64,000 bases of DNA from the human T2T-CHM13v2.0 reference genome, Homo sapiens: assembly GCF_009914755.1 (NCBI RefSeq), contig NC_060936.1, one strand, 5' to 3'. Position 1 is the stretch's first letter; each line of letters begins with the position of its first letter. The notes beneath the pieces are model-generated. The model had not been told where the DNA came from. It saw only the letters and a program-made list of their open reading frames with translations, and searched no databases. Positions 42,405-56,654 of the stretch are shown piece after piece. Position numbers and translations under genes: made by a program.

Positions 42405-45162
42405 CCTTCATGTTTGATAAATAGTTTTGTAATAATAGGAGTCAAATTTTTCAAGTTGCAGAATACATTATAAGTGGGATAAACTTGAATGTTCCTTTCT
42501 TAATTCCTGTGGTGTTAATCAAATTTGGTTTCCAAATATAGAATTAATCAAATCATTTTTTAATTAAGGAAACTTCTTAATGAACAGTGTTCAGCTATGC
42601 ACAATCTGTAGATTACAATCATCTTCTAGAAAATACACCCTTTTCTTCTTCCAGCCTTCCCTCCCTTACTCCTTCCTTGTTTCCCTTCCTCATTTCCTCT
42701 CTTCCTTTCTTTTTTCCTTCATATAAGATAAAGGGACAATTCACCAAAGCAGTTCATTTTATTCCACAGGGCAGTGGTTTTATTTGGAGTAGACACTCCA
42801 AGTAAATAAAGATAATTTAAATGTCATCATTTTATTGATTTTCTTACTCTTTTAATTAGCAAGAGAGTTGATCATTAATCTTTTGTGAACCACTTTTCAA
42901 TGAAATCAATTTTTTGCTGACATAGATATTAAGCTCAGAAAGTCTGATGAATGAAGAGAAGCTTAGCAAAAGCTGTCCTGAGGCATTCACTCAGAGGAAT
43001 TTACAAGCCAAAAATTTATTTTCCTCTTGTGATTCTTAGCAGAAGGCCAGTTAGTATAGGTAGGTCAAGAGAAAAAGAAAATCAGTTTTCTTGAGATACT
43101 GCTCTTCTGTAATCTAGTATGTGCTTTGCAAAGAATCCTTTTCCCTTTGAAAGCTTAAATCAGAGTAACTTAAGTAAAAGGAATAGCAGGCATAGGTTAG
43201 GAAGTTGAGGGAGTTGAGGAGTACACAACAGAAAAATTAAATAGCCAGACAAAGAAGGCTTTCAAATAAAATAAAGCCATATTAATTCAGACATAGACAT
43301 TGCTATTATTTCAAGAGAGATGGATATCTTTATATTATCTTCCAATAAAAGATAATTAATGTATAGTAGGGTGTTTACTTTCTTAACAGAGCAAATGTTA
43401 AATCATTTTGGGAAGTGTATGTATATACTAAAGATTTTTTCCTGAATAAAGGAAGAGTGTTAATTTAGTCTAATGCTGTGGCACAAAAATACAAATCATT
43501 CTTTATCAATAGCAGGATTTTGTTAGGTAATTATAGTACTAAATACAAAATTCAAGAAAAACATTAAAATAATCTGTTAGCTCAACTTCTTTTCTACATT
43601 ACCAATTGTGTCTATAGTGTTATATACTAATGTTTTGTGACCTTATTTATTAATATATACAACCCCCGGAATTAATTCATACATCAATATCTCTCCACCT
43701 TGTTTTTTCACTGTCACCTCCATGAATATATTTTTAAAGACATTATTTTTCTTAATTATCCCCATGCAATAAAATTTTGATATCATACTTATACTGTATA
43801 TCTGTTTATGTACTCTATACATATCTGCATTTTCTACATGAAAAAGAGTAAGGGTTTTTTTCATCCCCAAAGAACCAAGTTTTGCCCTTTTGAAGGTAAT
43901 ATAGCCTATTAAGAATGCATGATAAAAATATGTTTTGGTGAATTTGAAATCTCTGAGTTGGTGAATTCCCTTTAACGGACTGTCCAATTCATTGAGAATT
44001 TGTTTGCTTTTTTCATTTTATTTTAAAGGAATTTAGGTCACATTCATATTTTAAAAAACCCAAGTATTCTGAGTAGCATCCATAAACACAGTCCTGAGGA
44101 TGTGTATCTTTAAATTGACAAATGTCAGCGTGTACTAATTTCCCCAGGTTCTGCACCTCTATTCTCCTCACAGTTGGGGGTATTTAAATTGGTTTTTAGG
44201 TCCCTAAAAACAATGCTAGCCTCAAGGAAATAGTACTTAAGCATTGTTTACATCAACATCTTACAGCTCAGCATGCAATCACATGTGCTGCTCTTTTAAT
44301 TCTGCTGCAACATTCCAATTTTGATTACTGGGCGACTACCTTGCCCCAGGTCTGTTGGGTATTGGTCCTGATTCCCTTTATGATTTTGCTTGAGTTGAGA
44401 TACTTTACTGAACACTTTCTTTCCCATTTGGGTTTTTCATTGTTCTTGCTACAATCTTCTTCTTTTCCTTTCCTTTTTCTTTTTTAACCTCTGTCTGTGC
44501 TACACCACCCTTACCCCTACTATTGCCTCAGAACTGGATCCTTGTCCTTGGTTTCTAGTCTCACAATGTTATATTATAAAATTATAATTGTGTTTAAAAT
44601 TACAATGATGATGATTAGTTGGTAGTTGTAGATATTGGTGTATTGCTATGCCTTGAAAGAGCCAGAGTGAACTGCAAATATCTTAATGCTTGTTTGTTTC
44701 CTTAATGCAAAGCTCACTTTTTGGTAATTCATATGAGAATAGAATGTTCTAGTTTTTCTTGTTGGCGTCTGCTGTGGAAAATTTAAATAATGGGCAGGGA
44801 AAATAACTAAAACTGACTAGTGCTATTTCCTTAAGGGATTAGCTTAGTATTTGCTTAAGAAAATTGAATTGACTAGATCTTTATGGTGGCGAAGCCATTA
44901 CACAGGCTGATGAATGAAGACATTTGTGAAAGAATGTGAGGAAAAACTGTAGCTTATTTGTTTTTGCAGGCCCTAAGTTTTGAGTTCTACCTTCATAAAA
45001 AGTTTGTGCTTTAAAACATTTATTGAATTGAATTGATGCATACTTTAGCATTTTTTTCTTCTATCTTTAAACTGATCCCTCTTTTCTGTTGATTTAACCT
45101 GGTATAAAATAAAATAATAAAGACTACTCTAAAATGAACATAAAAATATTTTTTTTAAAATC

Positions 45163-45606
<444 letters not shown>

Positions 45607-46071
45607 TTATATGTTAATGGTGGGATAGGGGAAAAGTTGGGAAGGAGGTTTTGTGTTGTAAATCAGCTAGGAGAGTGAATCACTTCTCTCTTCTTGTGAA
45701 ACCGTATCTTTTGAAATTTGTTTAGCAGTGTTTGCTCTTTTAGTTGCTTGTATCAAGTAGACAAACTGTTCTTGATATCTTGATTCTTGATATCTCTATG
45801 ATTTAATATCCAATGCAAAGGCTGCTTGTAATCATTTTTCTTGAATAAAGCACTCTGCAGCTGTGATTCATAGAAACATATCTGAACTCACTATTCTAAT
45901 TTTCTCTGTTACCAAGGCCAGATCACGCTGTTCTGAAACGATGAAAAAGATGCCTTTGTTTTCTGGAGTAGTATTTCCTCTAGATTAAAGCCAAATATAT
46001 ATATTCAAAGATATTAGTGAATTCATGAGTTATGAATTTCTGACCAATTATTAGGGAAAATAGCATACTTA

Positions 46072-46674
46072 TGCAGGGGCCAAGGTAACACGTTCCTTTC
46101 ACTCTCTGAAAGTTTGCTGAAAAAGCAACTGACAAAAGGCAAATGAATACAAGGAAAGACATACAAATTTGTTAATGTGCATTGAGGGGGGGAAGCGCAG
46201 AATGATTATCCCGTCATGCAATATGGTACAGATGGGTATATATCCTTCTTCTTAGAAAGGAAAACAAGGAAGTATGGATAATTGTAGAGGGGTAGTCAAT
46301 GATTTTTAGGGTAAGTCAATGGGCTTAAAGAACATACAATGACCTGGGATAAAGTCTGTTGGGCTTGCAGAGCAATCAATCACTTGTGACAAAAGTCTGT
46401 CCAGATGTGTTGACAGACTTGTCTTTCTTCGTACAATACGAGTCTAGTTAATGAGAACTTAGGAAAGGGAGCAGAAGTAACTATTTTATTATTTGAAACT
46501 CTCAGAATTTAGGCAGGTAAGGGAATTGTAGAGAACAACTTCATCCTGTGCTTTGGGAAAAGCAGAGAATTGAGAGATAGGATTGGGGAAAGGTTAGAGA
46601 GAGCTTGAGGCTTCTTCTTAAATTTAGCACGTCAAAGTGCCATATTTTGGAGTATTGGTTTCTGAGACCCAACA
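46072..46674 (-). mobile_element. 3' LTR of the provirus (LTR29/LTR49/MER39-related)
   Basis: Reverse complement starts TGTTGGGTCTCAGAAACCAATACTCCAAAATATGGCACTTTGAC and ends TTGGCCCCTGCA. Confidence 0.88.
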
Positions 46675-46907
46675 TTCCCCTGTCTGAAACTTTCCCAGAA
46701 GTTTTAGGTACTAAAAGCTAAGTAAGTTGCTGTGGAGAGAAAAATCGAGACAGCAGCTGAATCGCAAAGGATCCAATCAAACCAGCCTCTCATTTCTGGG
46801 AATAGGCCAGTCTAACTAAGCAGCTGTGTCACATTTTAGAAGATGACCTAGCAGATGGGGTCTCAAAGCTCAGCTTCTATATATTATGTAAGCAAACATA
46901 TTTTTAA

Positions 46908-47036
46908 CCCATTTATGCCTGAGATGGCAATTTTTTGAATTGCAAAATCAGACCTTGGCTATGACCTTGACCAGAAGGATATAAATAACTCCCACATGCT
47001 TAGTGTTCCAATAATGGAACACTAGGCATAAATCAG
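46908..47036 (-). mobile_element. MER85 (PGBD3/piggyBac MITE)
   Basis: TTAA (46904-46907) then CCCATTTATGCCT TIR; ggatataaataactcccacatgcttagtgttccaataatggaacactaggcataaat; the other TIR and TSD are mutated. Confidence 0.92.
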
Positions 47037-47449
47037 TTTAGTAAGAGGAGCCTCTATAGAAACAGAAGAAAAACAAAGGTCATTGTCTAGAACAGTCTAT
47101 AAGCTAGTCCTTCTAGAGTCTGAAGGACAAGCAGCTGAGAAGACCATTGAAACAAATTAAAGTTTGTCCAATATGGCCAAAGCCCTTACCGAGTTTTAGA
47201 GAAAATAGGGTAGCCAGAGACAGAATTTAAGTTTCTTTAAGAAGGTGTTTGGGCGTCTTAGAAAAAGATTGAAAATGGATATTGATGAGACATAAAGTCA
47301 TGGGAATTCGCCACATAATTTTACAAGGAGACTAATTTTATTTAGATAGGTAGCCTCTAAGTTTTAGTCTCTGTTTTTCAACTGGATGACAGCTCAGGGA
47401 AAAGCCCACTAACAAATAGTGCCAAAAAAATTGTGGTTTCTAGTCCTAA

Positions 47450-48230
<781 letters not shown>

Positions 48231-48663
48231 TGAATCCTGGTGCCCCCTCAAAGGCAAGAGATCAAGCAACTCAATCCAAAAACACAGCAGAGCTTTAGAT
48301 CTGAGAAAAACATTCCTGCTACCCTTGGGACTCCCTGAGGACCTTTCTCTGTGTTCCTCAAGGGGTCTCACAACCGCAGAACCTCTCTAGATTCCTTCAT
48401 GTAGTATCAAAGGTGGCAAAGAGGAAGGTCAGGTAGAAGTAAGTGGGAAGATAATTCTTACAGGAACCAATTTGGGGAGATTTTAAGCTTTCTAAAAGGC
48501 CAATGAGGTTTTACATTTTTGTCACAAAAAATTATGCCAACAGGAAAGGAAGCAAACATAGGGACCACAAATATTAAAAAGCATTTTCAGTCAGCTTAAA
48601 AAGGTTCCCAGAAGCAGGATCCAAAGAGAAAAAGCAGAAAGTTCTAAAAAAAAAAAAAAACAC

Positions 48664-48666
<3 letters not shown>

Positions 48667-48717
<51 letters not shown>
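48667..48717. repeat. (AC)25 microsatellite after an A-run
   Basis: Direct read. Confidence 0.98.
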
Positions 48718-48719
<2 letters not shown>

Positions 48720-49265
48720 GTTATAGCCTGAATATCAGCTTTTAGTTAAGCTTTTACAATACAATTCTTTCAAAAACATCCGTAAAAAGCTCTTTTCAGA
48801 TTTCAGCCAGGACAAACAGCCAAAATTCTTGGCTTTTGAACTTTTTATGTCGTCTAAACCAAAGGTATCTTTCCAAGTGACTCACTATAACCAATAAGCC
48901 TTAACTATGGTTATGACTTAACCAAGGACACATGAAGCATCTCCAGAGGTACAAAGCAGTTTTGACAAGATCCAGAAACCACCCTAAAGGAAACTCAAAA
49001 AAAGGAAAGTTTCACTAGCTGCAAATGGGGTACAACTCATATTTCTGTTCAGTCATATTCTCTAGGGTCTCAGCTTCTCAGCTCACCATCTACAAACAAA
49101 GGCGTGAAAACCCCATATCCCTGCAGATGAAAGGACAGAAAATCAAAAGCTGTCCATGGCAGGGAAAAGGATCAATAACAAATAGGTATTCTGAAAACTC
49201 AAGAGTCACAAATATTAAACCATTTTTTAATCATTGTTTCTTAAGGAATTTATATTTGCAAGGTC

Positions 49266-49327
49266 TGATACCCTGATCGGGAATAGAACTCAGGCCAGGT
49301 GATTCCTAGCCACTAGACTACAGGTGA
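49266..49327 (-). pseudogene. tRNA-Glu-derived sequence lacking the anticodon arm, inside the ERV internal region
   Basis: Reverse complement TCACCTGTAGTCTAGTGGCTAGGAATCACCTGGCCTGAGTTCTATTCCCGATCAGGGTATCA versus tRNA-Glu TCCCTGGTGGTCTAGTGGCTAGGATTC...GGCCCGGGTTCGATTCCCGGTCAGGGAA(CCA). Confidence 0.78.
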
Positions 49328-50539
49328 AGCGCCTTTATTTGTAAATTCTGCAGGAAATTCAAGGCAGGCAGTTTAAGTGTACAAAGAATTTTAACTTTGT
49401 CTTGGTCAGATTTCTGCTCTGTAATTTAGTCAAGAGAATTTCTAAGGGTAGCCATGACATTATTATGTGTCTTTTTTCATTAATTTGATCTTAGAAATAC
49501 AAATATGGCAATTGTTTAGAATGAAGATCTTTTAAAATCTTTTTTTTTTCAAATTTAGGGGTCTTTCTAATTTAAAGGATCGATCTTTTGGTTGCTGCTG
49601 ATTCGGAGTTCCAATGTTGTAACTTATTCCAATAGCAATGCAATCCAATGAGTCTCTTCATGGAAAGCCTAGGAGGTAATTTTACAGGCTTAGAATAAGT
49701 TTTTTTCCATCTACACAAGAGATGTTTCCTGGAGACAGTATAGGAGATGCAGTCCCAATAATTTTGCCCTAAAACAGTTCACTCCAAGGAATAAGTTAAG
49801 ACAGGAAAGAACTTGTTGCCACAGACAATTAAGGGTAGTGTTTGTGCATCTAGTTCCTCCAATATCCCACAAATTTGTGGAAGGCTGCCAGTCACAGGTT
49901 TGGACTTCCCCAGCGCTAACTAGGCAACAGGTTTGGAATGATCAAGTGTGTTATGGATGAGACTTCTTATTAAGACAAACTCCCCTGAAAGCCTAACACA
50001 TTCAGAACAAAGAGTGTTCTGTTGAAAATCTTATGTGTCTCAGCGTTCCTATTTCTTTTCAGACTGGTCACTGGACATGACCCCAAAATCACACCCCCCA
50101 GATAATAGAGACCAAGAGAGAATGTTCCCCCTTGGTCACAAGTCAGGCTCTCAAAGACATAAAACAAGATGGGGAGGAACCTTGTTTGGTTTTTATTTTG
50201 GGGACCCATACACAGCAAAGTTTGCCTAAATAGATGCTGGTGTGGTCAGAACCACAAGACTGACTAGTCTGCAGGGCTGGCTCAAACAATGGGCATATAG
50301 GGGTTTTAGCCTGTGTTCTACTCTGTAGTAACCCTCTTTATAACAGAAAATCACAGAAAGACAAAGGCAAATGGAAAAATACTATTTCTGGAAGGAAATG
50401 GATAAGACAATAAGAATATTCATACCAGAAATGTATACTAGCTACACACAAGACTAGTCAACAAATTCTTTTCTCCCATTAATCAAGATTTTAGAGATGG
50501 AAATAATAGTGATTTTTTACCATCTGTTCAACCTAATCT

Positions 50540-50608
50540 GAGAGAGGGGGAGACAGAGAGAGACAGAGAGAGAGAGAGAGAGAGCGAAAGAGAAAGAGAG
50601 AGAAAGAA
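50540..50608. repeat. GA-rich repeat in the ERV leader
   Basis: gagacagagagagacagagagagagagagagagagcgaaagagaaagagagag. Confidence 0.9.
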
Positions 50609-50707
50609 GCTGGGATCCCAGATGGTAAAAATTTCTTACTCTTCTGCCGGTTTGTCAAGTCCTGGACTCCCTTCACTTTGCTTCCAAGAGAGTAGAGCAG
50701 CTTTGGT

Positions 50708-50725
50708 ATACTGCTCAGAGTGCCA
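50708..50725 (-). promoter_or_regulatory. Primer-binding site, tRNA-Ser(CGA)-type
   Basis: TGGCACTCTGAGCAGTAT 4 nt after the 5' LTR; 15/18 identical to TGGCGCTGTGAGCAGGAT, the complement of the tRNA-Ser(CGA) 3' end as I recall it. Confidence 0.72.
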
Positions 50726-50729
50726 AAAC

Positions 50730-50861
50730 TTTATGTGCCATGGGAAAATTTTACCTTTGCCCTCTAAAAGTCACTGAAAGTCAACTGACTGACAAAAGGC
50801 ACGTTGATGGGAGAAATGGCATACAAATTTATTTTCAGGTATCTGTTTCTGAGCCCCAACA
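50730..50861 (-). mobile_element. Internally deleted 5' LTR
   Basis: Keeps the LTR start (TGTTGGGGCTCAGAAACAGATACC) fused to the poly(A) signal/U5 end (AATAAATTTGTATGCC ... CTTTTGTCAGT); ~470 bp shorter than the 3' LTR. Confidence 0.82.
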
Positions 50862-51418
50862 CTTAGGTCATACCCTTAGTCTTTGGGGAAGTTTTAAAAG
50901 TAGAATATATTATAATGTAGATACACTATTTATGTTTATGCCACCTATTCACATTTAACCTCTTCCATGAGACCTGTTTTACCTACAACTTCTACTATGA
51001 GGAAAGTCCTTCAGTATCCATGCAGATTTTACTGTCTATGACTTATCTGATATGGCATTGCACCTGATCCAAGAGTCATTAATTTATATACTAACTCGTG
51101 TGTTTGTGTGCATGTGTTTTAGTAAATTATATGTCTCCTAGTGGGATTTTGAAATAAAAATATAGAGATATTGACTGATCAGCTGAATGACTATAAGTTA
51201 GATGCAAGGCAAATGACGAGGGGCCAGACTCCATGAGCAGGTAGAAGAATGAGGGCAGGGGCTTTATCTTGTGCATCACTCTGACCTGGTCATGGTAGAG
51301 TACACTGACACACAGTAAATGAGCAATCAATAAACACTCGGTATGCAGGGATACTCAGAAATGCCATACAAATAGGACCATGTGAACCATACAAGTTATG
51401 GGAGGAAGAACAAAATTA

Positions 51419-51775
<357 letters not shown>

Positions 51776-52420
51776 TCAGTTTCTTGCAACTAACAGAGCC
51801 TTCTAAAAAGAATGCAGCAAACAGAGGTCCAAATTTTTAAGAGAAATTGTTCACCTGACTTTGTCAATTCTGGGCACCAGAATCTTGCTAAGTGCAATTA
51901 TCAAGTTTGTCATCTTCTAACCCAGGCATTTGCCTATAAAGTCCACCTAAAGACCTTGTTAATGTAGAACTTTATGAAGATCCCCCTCCCTTAAAACAAA
52001 GGATTTAGTGATTTTTTTTTAGGTTTACCCCCCCCACACACACCCTAGAAGAGACAGGATTCTACCCTTGAGCTAATGTGGTATGAAACTTCTCTTTTGT
52101 ATCCTATGCTCTTTGTGCCCTATATGTCCCAGTCTATTATGCTGAAAAGTCTAGCTCTTGCTCTAGAGACCTTATAGACAACCACATTTAATTCTTAGTT
52201 TTTGCTAATTAATTCCTGGAATGGTCAAATAATGTCTATCTATGTTTCCCTAGCAGAGACTTTGATATTAAAAACCTCAATGACAGTAAATTCATTGTGA
52301 AGACTGCTGTATTTCTCTTACTCACCCAACCTTGGAGGTGATAAAGAAAAGAAATGGAGATTGGTACAGTTCTGTAAGCAAAAGAAAACTTGTGAGAGAC
52401 CTTTAAGGGACAGTAATAAT

Positions 52421-52956
52421 TGAAGAGGAAAAAACAAACAAACAAACTTTATTTCCACTCCCTGAAGTTTTGATAATTTAAATATCAGAAAAAAATTGAC
52501 AATAACAAGGAAAAAGGCATAGCAATAACTTAATGTGCAAGTTCACAGGAATCACACAAAGTATGAAACTCAAAGAAGGGCCAGATAGTTGAATCTTAAG
52601 TACTCTTTATATAGGAGAAAGGAAAGTGGGGGTGTAGGCAATTTTAGAGAAAGCAAAAATGATTTTTATGGGAGATAAATGGGTCCAAAGAACAGACAAT
52701 AGTCTGAGGCAAAGTCCACCTGGGCTCCAGATGGGGAGTCAACTGTAGCCTTTCATCTTGCAGTATGGTTCAATTTCTATTAGCGGATGAGATAATCTAG
52801 GGAAGAAATTCACAACTGTATATCTCATGGAAGATCTGGCCTTTAGGTAGATAGGGGAACTTCAGAGAAAGCCCTTTCCTTGATTTCTTTTGTCCCTACA
52901 TGCTCTCTGAATTACAAAGCAACATATTTGGGGGTATTGTTTTCTGACCTTCAACG
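52421..52956 (-). mobile_element. MER4-group ERV1 solo LTR
   Basis: Reverse complement starts GTTGAAGGTCAGAAAACAATACCCCCAAATATGTTGCTTTG; shares tatgaaactcaaagaagrgccagat with the 27-kb LTR. Confidence 0.78.
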
Positions 52957-53394
52957 TGATGTAGGGAGGAAAATGTAGCTTTGTGTAGGGGATGGATAGA
53001 GTGGCATGGATCTGTGACAGATAATTTCTATTGCACCCTCTCTGCCCCCATATTGCCCTAGGTGAGTCCAAATCCAGAGTTGTAATCAGAAGCAGCTGAG
53101 CCATAAGTTGGAGTACTCAGAGACTTAAAAAACAGGTGTTTGGTCTACACATATACCCAAGTTCTCACACATAAGCTGTGTGAGTATTTATTGTATACTC
53201 TGAAGTACAGATACTGAACTTTTGTCCCATCTCCAACCAATGGCAGTCTCAAATAATACAAAAGGAAGTTAGATGAGCTTATAGGAACATACTGCAGTTT
53301 ATTTGTTGCATTAGAGAATTACAATGAAGACAATAAACAACCTAAATCAGGGGAGCAGAATTAACAAAACAAGTAAAACATTAAAATAAACCCA

Positions 53395-53605
53395 ATAGTT
53401 AATAATAATGTATTGTATATTTCAAAATTGTGAAAAGAAATCTCATAGATTCTTAACTCATCAGAAAAAAAGATAAGTTGATGAGGTGAATAATATGTTA
53501 ATTAGCTTGATTGTATCTTTCTACAATGTATACATAGATGAAAATATCACATTGTACCCCATAAATATATACAATTATTTGTCAATTAAAAATAAATTTA
53601 AAAAA
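53395..53605 (+). mobile_element. L1MA 3' end
   Basis: atagttaataataatgtattgtatatttcaaaattg ... atatcacattgtaccccataaatatatacaattatt ... A tail. Confidence 0.85.
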
Positions 53606-53626
53606 TGAACAAACCTAGTAAGTATT

Positions 53627-53815
53627 GAAGATCCTAGACTTACAATGGTTATAATTTTTTGACTTTTTCATGGTACAAAAGCAATATTCATCCAGTTTGT
53701 ATCACCACTAATGTTACGTCCGGATAAACCCCACTGCACGTTTTTGACTTATAATATTTTCAACATATAATGGGTATATCTGGACATAACCCCACTGGAA
53801 GCCCCAAAATATCTG
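53627..53815. mobile_element. MER47/Tigger5-like MITE
   Basis: gacttacaatggtt ... gttacgtccggataaaccc ... gacttataatattttcaac ... ggacataacccc. Confidence 0.65.
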
Positions 53816-53849
53816 TTTATGTAGAGATAGAATGAGAAATGCTAGAACT

Positions 53850-54500
53850 CACACTCAGGGCAAAGAATAAATTATAAGTAAATGAATTTGAAAAGAATAC
53901 ATTTTCACAATATAATTTTTCAAATAAAGCATTCGGTGGATATATTAAGCAGAGTATATACAAATAAAGAACAAATTAAATATGCTTAAAAATCATTTTT
54001 AGGAATTCTCCCTAAAGGAATTAGGGAGACCTAAAGAAAGAAAAAGATTAAAACAAGAATTGAGATAGGGAGAATGAAGGTGGAAGAGTCAGAATTTAGT
54101 AAGAGTCTCAAGAAAAGAGAAGAAAACATCACATGTGAGAAAAATTTGAATAAGTAATGGCCAAGTATTTCCCAGAAGTACCAAGAGACATGAAACTTCA
54201 GACTGAAAGGAATCAAAGTGCCAGAGAGGATTAGTAAGAAAAATCTCACTCCTAAATCTATTAAAGTTAAATTTAAAGATATCAAAGACAAAGAAAAAAA
54301 ATTAAACAGGAAGAAAAATAGTACCAAAAAATAAATAAACATCAGTTGCACATCACACTTTTCATTCTTTTCATTAGTAACACCCAGCACAAAAAAAACA
54401 ATGGAGAAGGTTTTTCAAAGATTTGAAAAAAAATTTGCAATTTTCTACACAGGCATAAAAATCATTTAAGTATGAAGAAAACTGAAGGTATTTCAGGCCT
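53850..54500 (+). mobile_element. Old L1 ORF1-region fragment
   Basis: aagtaatggccaagtatttcccagaa ... ttcagactgaaagg ... acaatggagaagg; A-rich. Confidence 0.55.
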
Positions 54501-54516
54501 ATAAGGTGTCCACAAG

Positions 54517-54720
54517 TATCTTAGTCTAGACTGTCCCAGGAAAACAGAGCTTGTGTGCAGGTAGTTTATTTCGGGAAGTGATCCAGAGAAAATGAGGAGA
54601 CTGGTGAGAGGAAAATGGAAAAGGAGGAAATGCCAATTCAAGGGTAGATTTTGGAGTTAGTCAAGTCTGTGGCGAACTGTGCTGGATCTCAGCGGGACCC
54701 TCAGAGGTACTGTGTAGAAT
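54517..54720 (-). mobile_element. LTR33/LTR16-like ERVL LTR fragment
   Basis: aaacagagcttgtgtgcaggtagtttatttcgggaagtgatcc. Confidence 0.65.
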
Positions 54721-56615
54721 GTATTTTGATTACCCAGCTTTTTCATTCCAACATTAAGCATGAAACCGGTTGGTTTGAGAAAAACATTAGTTTATTAGAA
54801 GAATGAATAGTACATTTAATTAAGAGGTGTTTCATAATCTATTAAAAAACAAAACACATACTTTTAAACTTTTGATTTATTAAGGTGATAATTGTTCTAG
54901 TATTGAAACATCCTTTTATTTGTATATTTACTGTACTTGTTTACAGTGTAATGTTTTTGTGACAATGAATTTGAGGCACTATTATGTTAGCATCTGTATT
55001 TGTATGTGAGATTTGGCTATAATATTTTATAAGGGGGCATATATGTTAGATTTAGAATCTATGGATATGCAAGTGTCATCAGATGAATTGATGACATTTT
55101 TGTCAAGTTTAAGCACTGAAAGAACAAACCTCTAAATCATGCAGGGCCATGCCTGCTTTTGACAGTAGTTTTTGACAGCGATTCTAATTTTATATTTGGA
55201 TTAATTACTTTTCCTGATAAATTGTCTATTTCAGTCACAGTTTAAAAATAAAAACTTCAAATAATGTTTTTCCTACTTTTAAAATTTCCCATATTCATAA
55301 TTACATTGTTTCAGAAATCTTTTAAAAAGTATATTGACAATAGTATTAATACTTATCTAACATAATAAGGAACACATGATTGTCAAGAATATGTATGAAA
55401 TCTTGCATGATTATCATTAATCTTGAACTCCCTTGGATTTAAATTTTATACTGTTTTTATTGTTTTACCTATATAAAGTCTACACAGACTAGCACAGTCT
55501 AGTCAATCGTAAAGACTATTTTTCTAATGTTTGTACATCAGCTGCTATTTTGAGAAAATTTTTTCTTGATAGTATTTTCTTTAGAATTGGCAGTACTTTT
55601 AGCTAGAATTAATAAGATACAAGAAGCAACTTATCCGTTGCCTATCCATTCTAGTTATAAGTGTCATTTACTGCATGTTAGAGGAAGTTGAATAGTGGAA
55701 CATACCTGAATCATTTCTCACAAGTGTGGGAACCCATATAAAAACCTATGATATCATGTAAATATATTTTAAGAATAATTAAAAAGAATATGTAAAACCC
55801 CGAGAGTCTAAAGACATGTAGGACAAGTGTTCCCTCTATTCATTGTGGAAAATCTTGTAATTCATGCTATAAATTGCATTAAAAACAGAAAATTTTTCAG
55901 TGATAATTTATGACAAATCTAATTATTCCACATTCTATGCTATATATTCTAATTAAATAAAGTTTATGAAATTTTGGATAACTTTTTATCTTTCTATTTC
56001 CAATGGAACATGCCAAATACCGAAAATTGTATTGCTGAATGACTAAATAAATGAAGCGTAAGTTATTTCAGTATTTTTTTAATGTCAATCTTGTATACTA
56101 TCTAAAATATTTAGTTCTCCTATAATTTTAACCATCTTGTGTGTGACTACTTGATACTATAGAAGTAAAACCTAAATCCTTATTATCTGCCAATTCATAT
56201 AAACAAATAGTTTTCAAAGGCAGATAATGATAGCTTACACTATTTATCCTAGTCTTACAATCTAGACTTCTAAAATAAACCATGAAAGAAAAAAGAAAAC
56301 AAGTTACTCCCTAAAGGTTCTGGAAATTAAAAAAAAAAAATCTACATTATTTTTAATCTTTGTACTTTTAAATTTTGATAGTGTTTGCTAATTTTCATTT
56401 TTTCTCACTATCCATTTAGGTACGAAGGTGGTCATCTCAATACACACATGGTTTACAAGAGTTTTAGTCCCTATGCATTTCTTGCCATGTTGTGATTCAC
56501 CAATCCAATTATTTGGAAGAAGACTAAAAAATAAAGCTATACTTAATCTAAGTTGGATTAGGATAAAAGAAATTTTATTTCTCTAATTCCAAATATCTAT
56601 AGTACTTACTTCTCT

Positions 56616-56654
56616 GGCACCATATTTTGGGGTTTTGGTTTCTGTGCCCCAACA
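56616..56654 (-). mobile_element. 39-bp 5'-terminal remnant of a MER4-group LTR
   Basis: Reverse complement TGTTGGGGCACAGAAACCAAAACCCCAAAATATGGTGCC matches the start of the 46.6-kb LTR. Confidence 0.7.

Noticed and set aside
55089-55119. C/D-box-like TGATGA...CTGA
   Set aside because: Only ~30 nt, with no terminal stem; too short for a snoRNA.
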